Assembly: GCA_002344785.1 (NCBI GenBank)
Contig: DDUL01000036.1
Coordinates: 120,063-184,062, forward strand
DNA: 64,000 nt
Direction: 5' to 3'
Origin: Bdellovibrionaceae bacterium UBA2339
Lineage (GTDB): Bacteria; Bdellovibrionota; Bdellovibrionia; Bdellovibrionales; JAMPXM01
A model generated the notes under the pieces. That model had not been told where the DNA came from and did no database searches. It saw only the letters and a list, made by a program, of their open reading frames with translations. This document shows, one piece after another, positions 60,450-64,000 of the stretch. The position numbers and the translations under genes are program-made. Every line of letters begins with the position of its first letter. The first letter of the stretch is position 1.

Positions 60450-61060
60450 GGCGAGGCCTCTGGCTGGAGGCGCAGCGGGGCCTCGGACATCAAAACTTCA
60501 TGCGGAGGGAAAAAGGCGTCGTAGGGGCCGCCGGGTGGTTGAGCCTCACCGATTTGCGGTGGATATCGCAGACCGTAGACGCGGATGGATCGCCAGCCTT
60601 GGATTTGCTCGCGCACTTCGGGAAACAGTGAGGCATTGATCGAGAGAAGTCGGGCGAGGGCTTCGGTGTGGCGCATGAGTCGGGGCCGCAGTTCCGGCTC
60701 GGCGTGAAGTCGATCTCGGAACATGTAGTAGAAAGTGTAGGTGACGCGAATTTGACTGAGGGGCGAGAAGGGGCGATTGCTGAGCACCAAGGTTTCGCGG
60801 TCAGATTCTCGTTCCACACCCCGAATTTGTGCCCACTTGAAGCCATAGATCATGCGCGAGTACATGGGATAATGTGAGAACGGCCATAGCTCTTCATCAG
60901 CCGCCAGGGTGATGAAGCCGGGCAGGAAGAGGATTCCCAGCCAGATTGCGATGAGCTTTTTGCGGCCGGCGGAAAGTGAGGTCACTTGTTCAGCATGGAC
61001 CTCCGACGCAAGTCCTTCAAGCTTGGGAAAGACAAAAAGCAGTTGTAGAACTTGATCCAT
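60446..61060 (-). CDS. hypothetical membrane-anchored protein, partner of the HTTM protein
   Basis: TM helix LIAIWLGILFLPGFITL followed by WPFSHYPMYS. The stop overlaps the HTTM start (ATGA). The start is uncertain: either the ATG at 61060 or a downstream GTG (VTSLSAGRKK). Confidence 0.5.
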   Translation of the reverse strand: MDQVLQLLFVFPKLEGLASEVHAEQVTSLSAGRKKLIAIWLGILFLPGFITLAADEELWPFSHYPMYSRMIYGFKWAQIRGVERESDRETLVLSNRPFSPLSQIRVTYTFYYMFRDRLHAEPELRPRLMRHTEALARLLSINASLFPEVREQIQGWRSIRVYGLRYPPQIGEAQPPGGPYDAFFPPHEVLMSEAPLRLQPEASP

Positions 61061-61979
61061 GAGTTCGACGAGTTCGGCGGCCCCCACCCTGCAAGACATC
61101 GTTCGCAAAACGACGGAGTTCCTCAGCGCTAAAGGCGTGGCGTCCGCTCGTCTCGATGCGGAGCTGTTGATGGCGCATGCGTTGGGTTGGTCCCGCCTGC
61201 AGGTTTTCACGCGCTTTGACTACCCGCTCAGCGAAGATGAACTCGAGCGATGTCGCCAACTTCTGCGTCGACGCGCCAGCGGGGAGTCGGTCGCGGCCAT
61301 CATCGGGAAAAAAGGTTTCTATCATCATGATTGGTCGGTTGGGCCAGGTGTGCTGGTCCCTCGACCTGAAACTGAAATGCTTGTCGACTTAGCCTTGGAC
61401 TTTGCTCAAGCCCATGAATCAATGGGCAGCGCCGAGACGCACTTCCGATTTGCAGATCTTGGATGCGGCACCGGCTGCATCGGTCTTTCAATCGCCGACG
61501 ATCTTCTCAAGCGCGGCCGCCGCGTGCGGGCCGAGCTGTGGGACCTATCGCCCGAGGCTTTGAAGTACGCTGAGATCAATCGCGATCAGTTGTTACGGCC
61601 TGAACACCGCGAATTCGTGCGCATCCACCTTGGTCGAGTCGAGACGGATTTTGTCAGCGGCACTGGCGAGGCCGAATTCGATCTGATCGTCGCCAATCCG
61701 CCCTACATCGATGAGCGTGACCATCGCGTTGAAGAAGGCGTGAAAAACCACGAGCCCCACAGCGCGCTGTTCGCGGATGAAAACGGTATGGGTTGCCTGC
61801 GCCGCTGGTCGACGACGACCTACCCGCGTTTGGCCTCGGGCGGTCTGATGATCTTCGAGATCGGGGATGGTCAAGGCGCCTCGATCAAGGCACACTTTGA
61901 AGAGCTGGGCTTGTCTGAGGTCAAAGTGCATCGGGATTTGGCTGGCCTTGAGCGCGTTGTCGTGGGCCGCAAGTCGTAA
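61059..61979 (+). CDS. prmC: release factor glutamine N5-methyltransferase
   Basis: DLGCGTGCIG (SAM-binding) and IVANPPYI (NPPY). Confidence 0.92.
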   Translation: MSSTSSAAPTLQDIVRKTTEFLSAKGVASARLDAELLMAHALGWSRLQVFTRFDYPLSEDELERCRQLLRRRASGESVAAIIGKKGFYHHDWSVGPGVLVPRPETEMLVDLALDFAQAHESMGSAETHFRFADLGCGTGCIGLSIADDLLKRGRRVRAELWDLSPEALKYAEINRDQLLRPEHREFVRIHLGRVETDFVSGTGEAEFDLIVANPPYIDERDHRVEEGVKNHEPHSALFADENGMGCLRRWSTTTYPRLASGGLMIFEIGDGQGASIKAHFEELGLSEVKVHRDLAGLERVVVGRKS

Positions 61980-62017
61980 GGACCCCAAGACCCCTCAAAG
62001 ACCCAAGGAGTAAACTC

Positions 62018-63274
62018 ATGGATCGAATGCGTGTCGTTGGCGGAAAAACTTTGCGCGGTGAAGTGCGGGCGAGCGGCGCGAAGAACAGCGCGCTGAAAAT
62101 GCTGTTCGCCAGCCTGCTCGCCGAAGGCCGACACGAGTTCAGCAATGTGCCCGACCTCAAAGACGTCGACTCTTCTTTCGCGCTCCTTGAGAGTCTCAAC
62201 TGCAAAGCTCGCCGTGAAGGCGATCGCGTGATCATCGATGTCGCGGCACCCGGAAACTTCGAAGCGCACTATGATTTGGTGCGGAAGATGCGCGCCTCGA
62301 TTTTGTGTCTCGGCCCGCTGCTGGCGAAGTACGGCCAAGCTCAGGTGAGTTTGCCCGGTGGTTGCGCGATCGGCAGTCGCCCCATCAACTTGCATCTTGA
62401 GGGCATGAAGGCGCTGGGCGCAGAGATCGAATTGAAGAACGGATATGTTCACGCCTCAGTGCCGGGTGGACGACTGCAAGGCGGGCAAATTCTCTTTGAA
62501 TTTGCGACGGTCGGCGGAACTGAAAATGTGATGATGGCTGCGACTCTCGCGAACGGCACCACTTACATTGAAAACGCGGCTAAGGAGCCTGAGATCGTCG
62601 ATCTCGCCAACTACCTGAACAAGATGGGCGCCAAGATCTCCGGCGCAGGCACCAGCATCATTCGCGTCGATGGCGTGAAGTCTTTGAATGCTTCTCAACA
62701 TCGCGTGATCCCCGATCGCATCGAAGCGGGGACTTTGCTGCTTGCGGGCGCGATCGCGGGCGGCGATGTCACCGTGACGGACTGTGTGCCGGATGACTTG
62801 GATGCGCTTTTGGCGAAGCTTCGCGAAGCTGGGCATGAAATTCATGCAGGCCCCAATCAAGTGCGAATCAAATCTTCGGGCGGAGCCCGCTGCGTGGATA
62901 TCACCACAGCGCCTCATCCTGGATTTCCCACGGATCTGCAGGCGCAATTCATGTCGCTGATGTGCGTGAGCGAAGGTGTTTCAGTGATCTCGGAAACCGT
63001 GTTTGAAAATCGCTTCATGCACGTCACTGAGCTTCTGCGCTTGGGGGCGGACATCACGCCGAAGACGCGCGTTGCGGTCGTGCGAGGAAAGCCCGGCGGC
63101 CTTGAGGGCGCACCTGTGATGGCGACAGACCTTCGCGCTTCAGCTTGCTTGGTGTTGGCCGGACTTGCCGCCCGAGGCGAAACCGTCGTGAATCGAATTT
63201 ACCATCTGGATCGCGGCTATGAAAAACTTGAGAACAAGTTGTCGTCTTTAGGTGCGGCCGTCGAACGTTTCTGA
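62018..63274 (+). CDS. murA: UDP-N-acetylglucosamine 1-carboxyvinyltransferase
   Basis: 418 aa. [14 protein letters not shown], the active-site loop [15 protein letters not shown], and [12 protein letters not shown]. Confidence 0.96.
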   Translation: MDRMRVVGGKTLRGEVRASGAKNSALKMLFASLLAEGRHEFSNVPDLKDVDSSFALLESLNCKARREGDRVIIDVAAPGNFEAHYDLVRKMRASILCLGPLLAKYGQAQVSLPGGCAIGSRPINLHLEGMKALGAEIELKNGYVHASVPGGRLQGGQILFEFATVGGTENVMMAATLANGTTYIENAAKEPEIVDLANYLNKMGAKISGAGTSIIRVDGVKSLNASQHRVIPDRIEAGTLLLAGAIAGGDVTVTDCVPDDLDALLAKLREAGHEIHAGPNQVRIKSSGGARCVDITTAPHPGFPTDLQAQFMSLMCVSEGVSVISETVFENRFMHVTELLRLGADITPKTRVAVVRGKPGGLEGAPVMATDLRASACLVLAGLAARGETVVNRIYHLDRGYEKLENKLSSLGAAVERF

Positions 63275-63280
63275 CGCTGG

Positions 63281-63319
63281 AAAAAAATAACCCCGACTCA
63301 GGAGGGGCCAGAGTCGGGG
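63281..63319 (-). terminator. Rho-independent terminator for a minus-strand transcript (the hairpin may also stop murA)
   Basis: CCCCGACTC (63291-63299) pairs with GAGTCGGGG (63311-63319). On the minus strand it is followed by TTATTTTTTT. On the plus strand there is no T-run. Confidence 0.65.
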
Positions 63320-63398
63320 CTATGAAGTCGATTCGGGAGGGGGCCTGAACCGACGCCGAGTTTGAGAACTGACCTTTATGAGGGGGGGATCAGTTCTC
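63320..63398 (-). ncRNA. candidate sRNA or 3'UTR element with C-rich anti-SD-like motifs
   Basis: The minus strand carries CCCCCCCTC in the loop of a 9-bp hairpin (63364-63398), then CCCCCTCCC (63335-63343), and CCCCTCCT in the terminator loop. The 5' end is undefined. Confidence 0.3.
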
Positions 63399-63518
63399 TT
63401 TGTGCTTTCGAGCTCGCGTTGCCGCTCGATCGAATGCTTTCTCAACCAAAATCAACGACTCTCGCGATGCCTGTTTCGCCTTGGGCGATGCAAGCTTCCT
63501 ATGTCCGGGGTGATTCAC

Positions 63519-63683
63519 TCACTCGCCAGAGTCGACGGGAACCGCCGGGTGACTCGCTCTCACTTCACTCATGTGAGCCTGTGAAAGGCCCGAGATCAGC
63601 AAGATCACGAGGATGTAGGACACGATGAGGATCGGCGCTACCCACTTCAACTTTTCGAGCTTCGGCTTCGACAACTTCAACAA
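63519..63683 (-). CDS. possible small single-TM protein (about 54 aa)
   Basis: TTG start after GAGG. LLKLSKPKLEKLKWVAPILIVSYILVILLISGLSQAH... The longer 144-aa ORF (to 63953) has an implausible N-terminus. Confidence 0.2.
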   Translation of the reverse strand: MLKLSKPKLEKLKWVAPILIVSYILVILLISGLSQAHMSEVRASHPAVPVDSGE

Positions 63684-64000
63684 CTTCTCAACCTCGGTTA
63701 TTAACCTCAGCCATCCGCACCAGCTTGAGCCTTCGCTTCGACCTCGGGGAGTGCGGCAGTTTTTGTCCATCAAGCTGATTAAGGCCTGACCGCGCTTCCC
63801 TTGATTTCGCATTGTGGGTTGGGTCTTTCGATGATCCTTTTCGGGACTTTTCTCTCGACCCCAGCCGTCCAACGAGCTCCACCCGTCGGCATCCGAATTT
63901 CGGACACGAGTGGTCGGGTAGCAATCATGGTGCCAGGCGCTAGACCTCGGCAACGCAGAGCCGCCTCGGACTCAGATCAAACCTGGACGCCAGTCGTGAT

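Noticed and set aside
63317-63660. Plus-strand resemblance to a tmRNA: GGGGCTATGAAGTCGATTCGGGAGG versus the GGGGCUGAUUCUGGAUUCGACGGG 5' consensus, and GAGGATGTAGGACACG versus GAGGAUGUAGGAAUUUCGGAC.
   Set aside because: There is no T-arm (GGGTTCGA-type loop). There is no 3' acceptor strand complementary to the 5' end followed by CCA. There is no recognisable ...ALAA tag reading frame.
63880-63945. Fragments reminiscent of RNase P RNA or a tRNA end: GGTGCCAGG, CAACGCAGAGCCGCC, GAGAAAAGTCCC on the minus strand, and ...CGCCTGGCACCA on the minus strand.
   Set aside because: The motifs lie on opposite strands and in the wrong order. The universal GGAAAGTCCGGGC and ACAGAANCCGGCTTA elements are absent. 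No cloverleaf or acceptor-stem pairing can be drawn. A covariance-model scan is needed to settle it.

Overview
This is a dense 64-kb chromosomal window with about 60 CDS and moderately high GC. It most likely comes from a Bdellovibrio-like (Bdellovibrionota) bacterium, because it carries a 64-aa Bd0055-type histone-fold gene. Most of the content is housekeeping: atpG (5' truncated)-atpD-atpC, a secreted GH3 NagZ-like enzyme, mfd, lon, two tandem dksA paralogues, grpE plus a zinc-finger-less J-protein, hemW, a fused M16 peptidase, tatB-tatC, ligA, gatCAB, ppx, a DUF192 gene, a LysM protein, a PilZ protein, rho, rpmE, prfA, prmC and murA. I saw no rRNA, tRNA, CRISPR array, transposase or integrase. 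The most unusual region is a ten-gene, translationally coupled minus-strand operon at 17645-27195. It encodes a WbpG/PseA-like PP-loop enzyme, a NifS-type cysteine desulfurase, a TusA-like carrier, two small membrane proteins (one 52 aa and absent from the ORF track), a NodU/CmcH carbamoyltransferase, three paralogous radical-SAM enzymes with an N-terminal Cys-rich module, and a secreted single-Cys thioredoxin-fold protein. The operon has no scaffold-building enzyme, transporter or visible precursor peptide, and I know of no characterised pathway with this combination. A same-strand patatin and split-SGNH pair and a divergent HTH gene lie upstream of it. Other notable points:
- a nuoA-H-J-K-L-M-N operon that encodes only the membrane arm of complex I;
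- Rho with a G/R/N/Q-rich N-terminal extension and a long C/A-rich, G-poor leader;
- prfA and prmC separated by an antisense HTTM two-gene cassette that overlaps both neighbours;
- an apparently non-coding, structured stretch of about 700 bp after murA with three anti-SD-like C-rich motifs on the minus strand.

All calls rest on reading the ORF translations and the DNA by eye. No searches were run.
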